Under the pieces are notes generated by a model. It made no database searches. It saw nothing but the letters and a program-made list of their open reading frames with translations, and had not been told where the DNA came from. Below are positions 36,428 to 45,312 of a stretch of 64,000 nucleotides of DNA, one piece after another. Source of the stretch: an uncultured Rikenellaceae bacterium. Its GTDB lineage: Bacteria; Bacteroidota; Bacteroidia; Bacteroidales; VadinHA17. Position 1 is the first letter of the stretch. Every line of letters begins with the position of its first letter. The DNA lies in NCBI GenBank assembly GCA_964429295.1, contig CAYSBL010000006.1, forward strand, positions 259 to 64,258. Reading direction: 5' to 3'. A program made the translations under genes and the position numbers.

Positions 36428-36833
36428 TTGTCTGCTTTGTTTTCCGGTTCAGTGTCCGATTGTTTCAATAAGATTTTAATTTAAGGGGGCAAATTTAAAT
36501 AATTTGATAATTATTGCGGCATTTTCATTATCAATGCAGAGATTTTTACCATATCAAGATTGACTGTTTTAAAAATAATGACAAATAGCATGTTAATTTT
36601 TTCACAATGTACACTAAAAAAAGGCCTGTAAGTAAAATTCAGAAAATGAACAAAATAGAATCATGGTTTAAACTTTATGGCATGTCGTTCAGCGGGTTAT
36701 TAACATAGTTTATGAAAAATTATGATATGTGTCTTGGTTAATTCGGAATTATTGTTATTAATTTCACACAACATTGGAAAGGTTACTCCAAGACTGGGAA
36801 AAATTATAGTAATTATTTAAAAAACAGGCAAGT

Positions 36834-37301
36834 ATGTATGAAGTTGAAGATCTTGTAAAGAATTTGTCCCTTAAGTTTGGCCGAAGCAGGAGCAGTCTTA
36901 TGCCCATTCTTCAGGGAATTGTGGAGAAGCATAATTATCTGACTGATGAGGCAATGGTCGAGGTTGCCAAGACACTTGACGTATCAGCAGCGGAAGTATA
37001 TGGGACAGCTTCTTTTTACACTTTTCTCGACACGAGCGTGCGAGGAAAATACGTTATAAGAGTTTGTAAAACAATAACTTGTTCGATGAAGGGCAAGGGA
37101 GAGATCATTCAGACTATTGAAGATATGCTGAAGATCAAGCCCGGGGAAACCACTCCCGACAGGATGTTTACCCTTTTGGAGACCAACTGTATTGGCTGGT
37201 GTCACAAGGCACCTGCTATTCTTATTAATGAGATGCCATACACGGAGCTTACACCCGAGAAGGTTGTTGAAATACTTAAAAGTTATATGAAAACCCAGTA
37301 A
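36834..37301 (+). CDS. hydC: NuoE-like thioredoxin-fold [2Fe-2S] subunit of [FeFe]-hydrogenase
   Basis: 155 aa, with CKTITCSMKG...CIGWC Cys spacing as in NuoE/HydC. It is the first gene of the hydrogenase operon. Confidence 0.8.
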   Translation: MYEVEDLVKNLSLKFGRSRSSLMPILQGIVEKHNYLTDEAMVEVAKTLDVSAAEVYGTASFYTFLDTSVRGKYVIRVCKTITCSMKGKGEIIQTIEDMLKIKPGETTPDRMFTLLETNCIGWCHKAPAILINEMPYTELTPEKVVEILKSYMKTQ

Positions 37302-37312
37302 TCTGCTGTAAT

Positions 37313-38473
37313 ATGGAAAAAATAGGATTAAACAAGGTAGGGCTGATTTTCGAGAATATTGAACCAAAGGAAGTTCTGACGAAGGCTCTCAGAATGTCGA
37401 AAGATGAGATAATTCAGCAGGTTCTTGATTCAGGTCTTAAGGGCCGGGGTGGAGCCGGATTTCCCACAGGGCTGAAATGGAAGTACACTGCTTCAGAAAA
37501 GGACCCGGAGAAGTATATTGTTTGCAATGCAGACGAGGGAGAACCAGGTACTTTCAAGGACAGGGAGATACTTGATCGTGTTGCTTACAAAGTCTATGGC
37601 GGCATGGCAATTGCCGGTCATACAATAGGGGCAAAGGAAGGATATGTTTATCTGCGGGGTGAGTACAAGTTCCTGCTTCCGAAGCTGATGAAGGAGCTCG
37701 ATGATTTTCACAGGATGATCGATGAGATCGGCTATGATTTCAGGATTCATTACCGGATGGGAAGCGGGGCATATATATGCGGTGAGGAAAGTGCTTTGTT
37801 CGAATCAATTGAGGGTTTCAGGGGTGAACCAAGGAACAAGCCTCCCTATCCTACAACCTCGGGTGTTTTCTGCAAGCCGACCTCGATCAATAATGTTGAG
37901 ACTCTGGTTACCGTAATGATGATCATAAGGGACGGAGCTGAATCGTATGTAAGGCTGGGAACAAAGGATTCAAGGGGTTCCAAGGTTTTCTCAATTTCGG
38001 GCGACACTCCAACTCCGGGCATATTTGAACTAGAACTGGGAATGACCGTTCAGGAATTCGTTAGTGAATTTGGCGACGGCGACACCAAGGCAGTTCAGGT
38101 TGGCGGGGCTTCAGGTTTTTGCGTGCCAAGGAAAAAATTCGCAGATACCATCATTGGTTTTGAAGGAGTTCCCACAGGCGGATCAATGAAGCTTTTCAAC
38201 AGCTCGCGATCGATGTATAATGTTCTGCATAATTATCTTGATTTCTTTACCGAAGAATCATGCGGACAATGCACTCCCTGCAGGGTAGGCTGCCAGCAGC
38301 TGCTTAAGGGAGTGGAGAAGGTAAAAAAGGGAGAAGTGAAATCAACCTATCTGAACGAACTGGTTAAACTTGCCGACACCATGAAGATAGCTTCGAAGTG
38401 CGGTCTGGGCCAGTCAGTGGGAAATGCCTTCCGTACCATTGTAGAGAACTTCAGGGAAGAGATCATCTATTAA
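37313..38473 (+). CDS. hydB: NuoF-like FMN/NAD(P)H-binding subunit of [FeFe]-hydrogenase (minimal form, no extra ferredoxin domains)
   Basis: GRGGAGFPTGLKW and NADEGEPGTFKDR motifs are present, together with the N3 cluster motif CGQCTPCRVG...KCGLG. Only 386 aa. Confidence 0.85.
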   Translation: MEKIGLNKVGLIFENIEPKEVLTKALRMSKDEIIQQVLDSGLKGRGGAGFPTGLKWKYTASEKDPEKYIVCNADEGEPGTFKDREILDRVAYKVYGGMAIAGHTIGAKEGYVYLRGEYKFLLPKLMKELDDFHRMIDEIGYDFRIHYRMGSGAYICGEESALFESIEGFRGEPRNKPPYPTTSGVFCKPTSINNVETLVTVMMIIRDGAESYVRLGTKDSRGSKVFSISGDTPTPGIFELELGMTVQEFVSEFGDGDTKAVQVGGASGFCVPRKKFADTIIGFEGVPTGGSMKLFNSSRSMYNVLHNYLDFFTEESCGQCTPCRVGCQQLLKGVEKVKKGEVKSTYLNELVKLADTMKIASKCGLGQSVGNAFRTIVENFREEIIY

Positions 38474-38496
38474 TTCACTTAGAAAATCAGAAAACT

Positions 38497-40278
38497 ATGA
38501 TAAATCTGACCATAAACGACCAGAAGGTTTCAGTACCTGCGGGAACTACGGTTCTTGAGGCTGCAAAACAACTAAAGATTAACATACCAACGTTGTGTAA
38601 TCACCCCGACCTTTGTGTGGCAGGAAATTGCCGCGTATGCGTGGTGGAACAGAAAGGAGCCAGGACTCTTATTGCTTCATGCGCGACTCCTGTTTCAGAG
38701 GGCATGGAAATAAATACCAATACCCTGAAGGTAAGGAATGCGCGCAGGCACATTGTTGAACTCCTTCTTTCAGAGCATCGTTCCGACTGCACAAAATGCT
38801 ATAAGAACACCAAGTGCGAACTTCAGGCCCTCGCCAATGAATTTGCCTTTGGCGATACGATTTTCCTGGATCTGGTGGAGGATCATCCGTACACTATCGA
38901 CAGATCATCTCCATCCTTCATAAAGGACGACAGTAAATGTATCAGGTGTCAGCGCTGCGTGAGAACCTGTTCCGAGCTTCAGTACATTTCTGCAATTGCT
39001 GTTGCCAACAAGGGAGCTCACCAGAAGATATCATCCTTCCACGACAGGCCGATGAGCCATGTTATCTGCACCAACTGCGGGCAGTGTGTAAACCGCTGTC
39101 CTACCGGTGCCCTTACAGAAAAGACCTATATCGACCAGGTATGGGATGCCATTTATGACCCTGAGAAGTATGTCATTGTCCAGACCGCTCCGGCGGTAAG
39201 GGTTGCCCTTGGTGAGGACCTGGGTTATGATCCAGGTGAAAGGGTTACCGGGAAAATGGTCAATGCTCTCAGGCAGCTTGGATTCGATAGTGTTCTTGAC
39301 ACCGATTTCAGCGCCGACCTGACCATAATGGAAGAAGGGACTGAACTGCTTACAAGGTTGAAGAAAGCCCTGGTCGACAAGGATACCTCGATAAAATTCC
39401 CCATGTTCACTTCCTGTTCTCCGGGCTGGATTAAGTTCATTGAACACAAGTATCCTGAATTTCTTCCGAACCTCTCAACCTGCAAATCACCGCAGCAAAT
39501 GTTCGGTGCACTTGCAAAAACCTTTTATGCTGAAAAGAAGAAGGTCGATCCGTCAAGGGTGGTATCTGTATCCATCATGCCATGCACGGCAAAGAAATAT
39601 GAAGCCGACAGGCCTGAAATGAGGGCCAGCGGTTACAAGGACATCGATTTTGTTCTTACAACACGTGAACTTGCCGTAATGATAAAACAGGCCGGCATTG
39701 ATTTCAGGAATCTCGAATCTGCTCATTATGATTCCATTATGGGTGATTCGACCGGCGCAGCCGTGATTTTCGGAGCTACCGGAGGAGTTATGGAAGCTGC
39801 GCTCAGAACTGCATACGAAATAGTAACCGGCAGGGAGGTTCCTTTCAATAATCTCAACATCACTCCTGTAAGGGGTCTTGAAGGTGTCAAGGAAGCTACG
39901 GTGAAAATACAGGGCTGTACCGAGGACTGGAAGTTCCTGGAAGGAGCAGAACTGAAGGTTGCCATAGCTCACGGACTTGTTAATGCCAACCAGGTTATGG
40001 CGGACGTCCGCGAAGGAAAATCCCCATATCACTTTGTTGAAATAATGGCATGCCCCGGAGGTTGCATCGGAGGCGGAGGCCAGCCGATCCCGACCAGTCA
40101 GGAGATCCGTCAGAACCGGGTGAATGCCATCTATGAAGAAGATGAGCATATGGTTCTGCGTAAGTCGCATGATAATCCCGATGTTATAGCCCTTTACAAG
40201 GAATTCCTTGGCAAGCCCAACAGCCATAAGGCACATGAATTATTGCATACCCACTATTTCGAAAGGGACAGCTTTTAG
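38497..40278 (+). CDS. hydA: [FeFe]-hydrogenase catalytic subunit (M3-type: 2Fe-2S + His-ligated 4Fe-4S + 2x4Fe-4S + H-domain)
   Basis: The N-terminus has CNHPDLCVAGNCRVC, then CIRCQRCVRTC and CTNCGQCVNRCP. H-cluster motifs are FTSCSPGW (L1, variant), MPCTAKKYEA (L2) and EIMACPGGCIGGGGQP (L3). The start is set at the ATG at 38497 (MINLTINDQ); the track start at 38398 overlaps hydB. Confidence 0.9.
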   Translation: MINLTINDQKVSVPAGTTVLEAAKQLKINIPTLCNHPDLCVAGNCRVCVVEQKGARTLIASCATPVSEGMEINTNTLKVRNARRHIVELLLSEHRSDCTKCYKNTKCELQALANEFAFGDTIFLDLVEDHPYTIDRSSPSFIKDDSKCIRCQRCVRTCSELQYISAIAVANKGAHQKISSFHDRPMSHVICTNCGQCVNRCPTGALTEKTYIDQVWDAIYDPEKYVIVQTAPAVRVALGEDLGYDPGERVTGKMVNALRQLGFDSVLDTDFSADLTIMEEGTELLTRLKKALVDKDTSIKFPMFTSCSPGWIKFIEHKYPEFLPNLSTCKSPQQMFGALAKTFYAEKKKVDPSRVVSVSIMPCTAKKYEADRPEMRASGYKDIDFVLTTRELAVMIKQAGIDFRNLESAHYDSIMGDSTGAAVIFGATGGVMEAALRTAYEIVTGREVPFNNLNITPVRGLEGVKEATVKIQGCTEDWKFLEGAELKVAIAHGLVNANQVMADVREGKSPYHFVEIMACPGGCIGGGGQPIPTSQEIRQNRVNAIYEEDEHMVLRKSHDNPDVIALYKEFLGKPNSHKAHELLHTHYFERDSF

Positions 40279-40299
40279 GAAATAATTTGTAATTTGACA

Positions 40300-40328
40300 G
40301 CCGGCATTGTTATAATGCCGGCTTTTTT
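40300..40328 (+). terminator. Rho-independent terminator of the hydrogenase operon
   Basis: A 9-bp stem GCCGGCATT/AATGCCGGC has a GTTAT loop and is followed by TTTTTT. It lies 22 nt after the hydA stop. Confidence 0.8.
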
Positions 40329-40396
40329 CTTTCCGGGCAGGCAATAACACTCAAGCAGGAGAAGATTCCGAAAATTCTGGCTTAAACAGTATATTG

Positions 40397-41368
40397 ATGA
40401 AAAATAGTGAACTTACGATTGCAACCGCACAATTCGAAAACAGGAGCGGGGACAAGGAATACAATCTGTCGGTTATCGCTTCCCTTGCTGCCCGGGCTGC
40501 CGAAGCAGGAGCAGATGCAATAGCCTTTCACGAGTGTTCGCTTACCGGTTACACGTTTGCGGGGAAACTTTCGGAAAGCGGACTTCTTGAAATCGCTGAA
40601 TCAATACCGGATGGTCCGGGTGTTTCGAGTCTTACCGCTATCGCCGGAAAGAATAATATTCATATTCTAGCCGGGCTTTTCGAAAAAGATGATAAAGGAA
40701 AGATCTTCAAGGCGTACGTCTGTGTGGGTCCTGACGGACTTGTGGCAAAACACCGCAAGATACATCCATTTATAAACCCTGCCATAGTCCCGGGCAGCAG
40801 CTACACCGTATTCGACCTGAAAGGATGGAAGTGCGGCATCCTGATCTGCTATGACAACAATGTGATAGAGAATGTAAGGGCAACCGCCCTTCTGGGAGCA
40901 GAAATACTGTTCATGCCGCATGTTACCATGTGTACGCCTTCTCCGCGTCCGGGAGCAGGATTTGTTGATCCTCAGCTATGGATTAACCGGCATTCCGATC
41001 CGGAACCGCTGAGAAAGGAGTTCGACGGACCGAAGGGAAGGGAATGGCTGATGAAGTGGCTGCCGGCCCGTGCCTACGACAATGGTATCTATGTAGTGTT
41101 TTCCAATCCGATAGGCATGGATGACGATCAGCTGAAGAATGGATGCTCAATGATTCTGGATCCCTTTGGAGGTATCATTGCGGAATGCAGGGAGTTTGGT
41201 GATTGTTTCGTTACAGCAGAGATTACAAGGCAGAAGCTTATGGATGCAGGCGGATACCGCTATACCATGGCCCGCCGTCCTGACCTTTACAGGGACATTA
41301 TCGGAAGGGATCATACCGCGGTTCAGAAAGTGGCCTGGCTGAAGAACAGGGACAAATTTCCGGGATAA
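40397..41368 (+). CDS. carbon-nitrogen hydrolase (nitrilase superfamily) protein
   Basis: A CN-hydrolase pattern is present, including AFHECSLTGY (Glu), KHRKIHPF (Lys) and CGILICYD (Cys). The track start at 40394 is a TTG, so the ATG at 40397 is preferred. Confidence 0.78.
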   Translation: MKNSELTIATAQFENRSGDKEYNLSVIASLAARAAEAGADAIAFHECSLTGYTFAGKLSESGLLEIAESIPDGPGVSSLTAIAGKNNIHILAGLFEKDDKGKIFKAYVCVGPDGLVAKHRKIHPFINPAIVPGSSYTVFDLKGWKCGILICYDNNVIENVRATALLGAEILFMPHVTMCTPSPRPGAGFVDPQLWINRHSDPEPLRKEFDGPKGREWLMKWLPARAYDNGIYVVFSNPIGMDDDQLKNGCSMILDPFGGIIAECREFGDCFVTAEITRQKLMDAGGYRYTMARRPDLYRDIIGRDHTAVQKVAWLKNRDKFPG

Positions 41369-41423
41369 AAGGATGTTTTGTAATTTTGTATTGAAACCGG
41401 CAATAATTCTCAAATCACCGTAA

Positions 41424-41882
41424 ATGGAAATTCGATATCACTGGAAGACAAAATTCTTCAGCAGAAAGTTTGAAATCTTTCAGAATGAAATTCTGAAGGG
41501 TGAGTTGTTCAAAGCGGGCCTGTCGAGAAAAGTGACCGGTGAACTTAATGCAAAGAGATTTCAGTTTGAGACGAAAGGTATATTTAAGAATGAGACCACG
41601 ATCACTGATCTTCAGAGGCATACCGGTGCCGGAAAAATTCTGATCACCTGGAAGAAAAACAGTACTGTGATCGTATATAACGGGAAGGAGTATAAATGGA
41701 AGTTTGAGAATTTCCTTTGTTCGCGATGGTCCCTCAGCGATGACAGAAGGGTGCTTATTAAATATCACTCAAACGCCTTCTCGGGTATGATCGAGTCATA
41801 TACCGGCGATGAGTTGCTTATTCTTTCGGGATTCTTTATAAGGAACTTTGTCAGGCAGAGACAAAACCAGTCTGCCGTTTAG
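41424..41882 (+). CDS. hypothetical protein
   Basis: 152-aa ORF with protein-like composition. The antisense ORF 41415..41768 is judged a shadow. Confidence 0.45.
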   Translation: MEIRYHWKTKFFSRKFEIFQNEILKGELFKAGLSRKVTGELNAKRFQFETKGIFKNETTITDLQRHTGAGKILITWKKNSTVIVYNGKEYKWKFENFLCSRWSLSDDRRVLIKYHSNAFSGMIESYTGDELLILSGFFIRNFVRQRQNQSAV

Positions 41883-41917
41883 GAACTTTCTGTGCCTCCC
41901 GTTTCTCCCGCAGCACA

Positions 41918-42997
41918 ATGAGAAAGATAATTCATATTGACATGGATGCATTTTTTGCCTCCATAGAACAGCTTGATAATCCGGAACTCAGGGGCAAGCC
42001 TGTAGCAGTGGGAGGGAGCGGCATCCGTCATGTTGTTGCGGCAGCTAGTTACGAGGCCCGCAAGTTCGGCGTTCATTCGGCCATGCCCTCCGTTACTGCA
42101 AGAAAACTTTGTCCCGGACTAATATTTGTCAGGCACAGGTTCGAAAGGTACCATGAACTGTCGGAGAAAGTGTTTGAAATATTCCTGGAATATACTGATC
42201 TGGTCGAACCCCTCTCGATCGATGAGGCATTTCTGGATGTCACCTGCGATAAAAAAGGTATCGGATCGGCTACCGTCATAGCAAAGATGATAAAGGAGCA
42301 GATAAAGGAGAGGACCGGCCTTACAGCTTCCGCCGGGATATCGGTGAACAAATTTCTTGCAAAGATTGCTTCAGACATGGACAAACCAGATGGTTTGTAT
42401 CTGATTCCTCCTGAGAAGGCAGCCGGTTTCATAGAAAAATTGCCGATTGAGAAGTTCTTTGGCATTGGCAGGGTGACTGCTGCTAAAATGCATAAGCTTG
42501 GAATTCATTCCGGGGCCGATCTTAAAAACTGGGACTTGCTGTCACTTATCAGAAACTTTGGCAAGGTGGGGAGGTTCTACCATGATATTGCAAGAGGCAT
42601 TGACGAACGTCCGGTTGAGGTGAATTCAGAACGTAAGTCAATTGGTACCGAGCTGACCTATGAAAAGGACCTTACGACCCAGTTTGAGATCATCGCCGAA
42701 TTATACAAAGTTGAGAAAGAGTTGATGGAAAGGATTGAAAGTGCCGGAGTGACAGGTAGAACCGTGACCTTAAAAGTGAAATTTGCCGATTTCAGACAGA
42801 TAACAAGGAGCAGGACGCTGCCGGATTACATCCGGTCGTTCGGGAAGCTGCATGAGGAAGTAAGCGGGATCAGAAAATCGCTCGACCTGAAAGGAAGCAG
42901 GATAAGGCTGCTGGGCGTGAGTGTTTCAAACCTTGAGACGGACGATTGCGGAGACAGGCAGCTCGAACTGTTCAGTGATGAGGATCTCATTGACTGA
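41918..42997 (+). CDS. dinB: DNA polymerase IV (Y-family)
   Basis: IIHIDMDAFFASIEQ, SIDEAFLDVT and the little-finger region are present. Size is 359 aa. Confidence 0.92.
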   Translation: MRKIIHIDMDAFFASIEQLDNPELRGKPVAVGGSGIRHVVAAASYEARKFGVHSAMPSVTARKLCPGLIFVRHRFERYHELSEKVFEIFLEYTDLVEPLSIDEAFLDVTCDKKGIGSATVIAKMIKEQIKERTGLTASAGISVNKFLAKIASDMDKPDGLYLIPPEKAAGFIEKLPIEKFFGIGRVTAAKMHKLGIHSGADLKNWDLLSLIRNFGKVGRFYHDIARGIDERPVEVNSERKSIGTELTYEKDLTTQFEIIAELYKVEKELMERIESAGVTGRTVTLKVKFADFRQITRSRTLPDYIRSFGKLHEEVSGIRKSLDLKGSRIRLLGVSVSNLETDDCGDRQLELFSDEDLID

Positions 42998-43649
42998 AAC
43001 CAACTTCCTTTTCAAATTCCCTGAAGAACTCGTCGAGAATGAGATATCTCCTTCTATGTTTTTCAATAAGAACAGGGTATTTTCCGAAACCTGATTCCAG
43101 GTTGCGGAATCTGTTTGAAGCATTCTTTCTGATCTCTGCCCCGATTCTTTCGGGAGGGATTCCCCGTTCCGTGTAAATTTCAAGATAACGGTAGATCCCT
43201 GTAAGTCCGAACGCATCCAGGTCGTCGGCAGCAGATAGTATTACAAGGATGCTGTTTCTTCCACTTTCTTCCTCAGAGTATTCCTTGTCATCATGTTTTT
43301 CAATAGCATCAAGCATATCGGTCCAGTCAGACAGATCCAGACCCTGCCCTGAAAGGAAAGCGGCTGCTAAATTCCTGCTTTCAATTCCATGGTCAGCTTT
43401 CGTTGTGACCGTCATGCCCAGATCGTGAAGGTAGCACGCAATAATTATCCTGCAGCAAAAATCAAGGGAATACGGATTGCTGCTGTTCTCAGTACAGACC
43501 AGAAGTTCCCTGGCAAAACCCCATACTCTCCTGTGATGACTCAGATCGTGGGAAAAAAGCTTCCTGGTGCCCCACCGGGCACTGAAAAAAACTTCAAGAG
43601 CCTGCTGATACTTGGATTCAGCAAGCCCCGGGGTATTCAGGATATCCAT
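42987..43649 (-). CDS. HD-domain phosphohydrolase family protein
   Basis: Shows an H...HD pattern (SHHRRVWGFA ... YLHDLGM). Size is 220 aa. Confidence 0.65.
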   Translation of the reverse strand: MDILNTPGLAESKYQQALEVFFSARWGTRKLFSHDLSHHRRVWGFARELLVCTENSSNPYSLDFCCRIIIACYLHDLGMTVTTKADHGIESRNLAAAFLSGQGLDLSDWTDMLDAIEKHDDKEYSEEESGRNSILVILSAADDLDAFGLTGIYRYLEIYTERGIPPERIGAEIRKNASNRFRNLESGFGKYPVLIEKHRRRYLILDEFFREFEKEVGFSQ

Positions 43650-43704
43650 TGATTTGTAGAAATAACAAGAAGCAAAACCTCGCGGATAGAAAGCCTTTCT
43701 GCTT

Positions 43705-43947
43705 CTATCTCAGCATGCTTTCAGCCAGATCGAGAATTGTTGTATCGTCAAAGGTCACTATTCCGCCTCCCGGTCCCTGCTCAAAGTGTACACCCACACA
43801 CTGCCCAAGTTCAAAATTTGTTCCTCCGAAGTAGTTTCTGACAGTCTCTTCATGCAGATCAAGCTTCTCTGCAATCTTCCTCATACTACCGGAGGGCAAT
43901 TGGTCTTTGATCTTCCGGAGTTCATTGAATGTGATTGTTTTTGCCAT
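43705..43947 (-). CDS. small putative helix-turn-helix DNA-binding protein
   Basis: 80 aa. SMRKIAEKLDLHEETVRNYFGG resembles an HTH segment. Confidence 0.4.
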   Translation of the reverse strand: MAKTITFNELRKIKDQLPSGSMRKIAEKLDLHEETVRNYFGGTNFELGQCVGVHFEQGPGGGIVTFDDTTILDLAESMLR

Positions 43948-44025
43948 GATAGCGGAATTAAATTAATATTTAGAATTTCATACAATATCTTTACCAAAGT
44001 TAGTGATAAATCGGTATAAAAAAAA

Positions 44026-44484
44026 TCAAATGTCCATGTCAGGCACATCTCTGATAATGTAGACCAGGTATTCTCCAAGAGGCTTGAAACCAAATGTTTC
44101 ATAAAGTTTTATGGCTTTGATGTTAGAGGAATGAACCTCAAGCTTTACCTGATGTCCGGATTCTCTGACAAACCTCAGGGATTCTTTTAGCAGGTATTTT
44201 GAAAGCCCGTTGCCCTGGTATTGGGGCAGAATTCCGAAATGGTGAAGAAATATCCTTCTGCCATCGAAGGTGAGCCAGGATGTGCCGGCGATCGAGCCTG
44301 AGGATTTTTCCATCAGGATCAGCAGGTTGCCGCCGCTCCTGATTGTATTCATAATGGTTTCGGCGTTGTCCCCGCGCTCCGGATCTCCCATGCCGGTAAT
44401 TTTCCATAAGGTTGCAACCGATTCAAAGTCCTCTTCCCTGTATGATCTTACCAGGAATTTTTCCTTTATCAGTGTTTCTTTCAT
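44026..44484 (-). CDS. GNAT-family N-acetyltransferase
   Basis: The acetyl-CoA motif A is present: HHFGILPQYQGNGLSKYLL (Q/RxxGxG/A). The start overlaps the mqnA stop by 4 nt. Confidence 0.8.
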   Translation of the reverse strand: MKETLIKEKFLVRSYREEDFESVATLWKITGMGDPERGDNAETIMNTIRSGGNLLILMEKSSGSIAGTSWLTFDGRRIFLHHFGILPQYQGNGLSKYLLKESLRFVRESGHQVKLEVHSSNIKAIKLYETFGFKPLGEYLVYIIRDVPDMDI

Positions 44485-45236
44485 AGTTTTTCCAGATATT
44501 CCAGAAAGAGTTTAAGGGCGTAGCTTTTTCGTTCGTCAAAAACATAATCGATATTATTTTTAAGATAGTCTCTCAATGCCGGTCCGCTAATTATTCCGCT
44601 GTTTTCAAAACGTTCAGCCACCTTGTCGAGATTGTTTACCCCCAGGGAAAGGGCTTTGCTGAATTCGGATATGAAATCCGAAGGAAGCTTTCTGTTTGCG
44701 ACCCAGCAGGCAAATACAAAGGGGAGTCCTGTAAAATTCTTCCATTCTTCGGCAAGGTCAGTACTGTACATGTAGCTGTTTTCAAGTTCAAAGCACTGAT
44801 CTCCGATCAATACCACAGCTTCATTTTTTCGAGCCGACCGGAAGTCAAAACCCTCGGAGGTGTTTATCCATTCAGGAACCGTTTTCCAGAAATTTTTGGC
44901 TATTACCCTGATAAGGTTTACCGATGTTCTAGATCGGTAATCGAGGAAGATCCTGTGCACGTTTTCCGGTTTTGAATTGCTCATCATTTGCACCGTTCTG
45001 ACTTTTCCGTCGGCGCCAATACAGTAGTCTCCGGTAATATTCGGTTCTTTAATGAGTGGAATTGCTGCTACGGGAACAAGTCCCAGGTCGGCCTTTCCGG
45101 TGATAAGTTTGTCGGCACAGACCGACGGATGGTCGGTTTCGATAACAGCCTTACTCTCAAAGCCGCTCTCTGTCAACCCGTAGATGAACGGATAGGTATT
45201 GGCGTATCTGACGGCTGATATTCTGATTTTCTCCAT
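44481..45236 (-). CDS. mqnA: chorismate dehydratase MqnA (futalosine-pathway menaquinone biosynthesis)
   Basis: The N-terminus IRISAVRYANTYPFIYGL is typical of MqnA. The ~250-aa size fits a periplasmic-binding-protein-like fold. Confidence 0.72.
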   Translation of the reverse strand: MEKIRISAVRYANTYPFIYGLTESGFESKAVIETDHPSVCADKLITGKADLGLVPVAAIPLIKEPNITGDYCIGADGKVRTVQMMSNSKPENVHRIFLDYRSRTSVNLIRVIAKNFWKTVPEWINTSEGFDFRSARKNEAVVLIGDQCFELENSYMYSTDLAEEWKNFTGLPFVFACWVANRKLPSDFISEFSKALSLGVNNLDKVAERFENSGIISGPALRDYLKNNIDYVFDERKSYALKLFLEYLEKL

Positions 45237-45264
45237 TACATGTAATTTTGAGCTTCTAAAATAG

Positions 45265-45272
45265 TACTTTTG
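45265..45272 (+). promoter_or_regulatory. candidate Bacteroidota -7 promoter box (TAnnTTTG) for purB
   Basis: TACTTTTG lies 41 nt upstream of the ATG at 45313. A TTTG at 45247-45250 could be a -33 element, but the spacing is shorter than consensus. Confidence 0.35.
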
Positions 45273-45312
45273 TACTCATATTGGAACTAAGGAACAGCCA
45301 AAAAGGTAAACA

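Noticed and set aside
35774-36484. 236-aa plus-strand ORF opposite pepC; similarly 39553..40236 (227 aa) opposite hydA, 26394..27008 opposite the phosphoesterase gene, 12615..13049 opposite murQ, 52260..52727 opposite GH35, and 63280..63777 opposite the SDR
   Set aside because: Each is fully nested antisense to a gene with clear family motifs and has no motif of its own. They are treated as non-coding shadows rather than overlapping genes.
41415-41768. 117-aa minus-strand ORF overlapping the 152-aa plus-strand hypothetical gene
   Set aside because: The plus-strand frame is longer and has more balanced, protein-like composition. It also fits the spacing between the nitrilase-family gene and dinB. 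The minus-strand ORF is considered a shadow, though neither has a recognisable family.
41424-43649. dinB flanked by a hypothetical gene and an HD-domain gene as a possible mutagenesis or defence cassette
   Set aside because: No imuA/imuB/dnaE2, lexA, nuclease, helicase or other defence-associated domains are present. The HD gene is convergent and overlaps dinB by only 11 nt at the 3' ends. This looks like ordinary housekeeping context.
43660-43704. Possible hairpin AGAAGCA...TGCTTCT downstream of the small HTH gene as a terminator
   Set aside because: The 7-bp stem encloses a ~24-nt loop and has no adjacent T-run, so it is too weak to call.
43705-44484. GNAT acetyltransferase plus a small HTH protein as a possible GNAT-toxin/antitoxin (TacT/AtaT-like) pair
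   Set aside because: The gene order is wrong, since the antitoxin normally precedes the toxin. The two are separated by 78 bp, and the small protein does not look like an RHH/DUF1778 antitoxin. The GNAT is translationally coupled to mqnA instead. There is no supporting evidence for a TA module.
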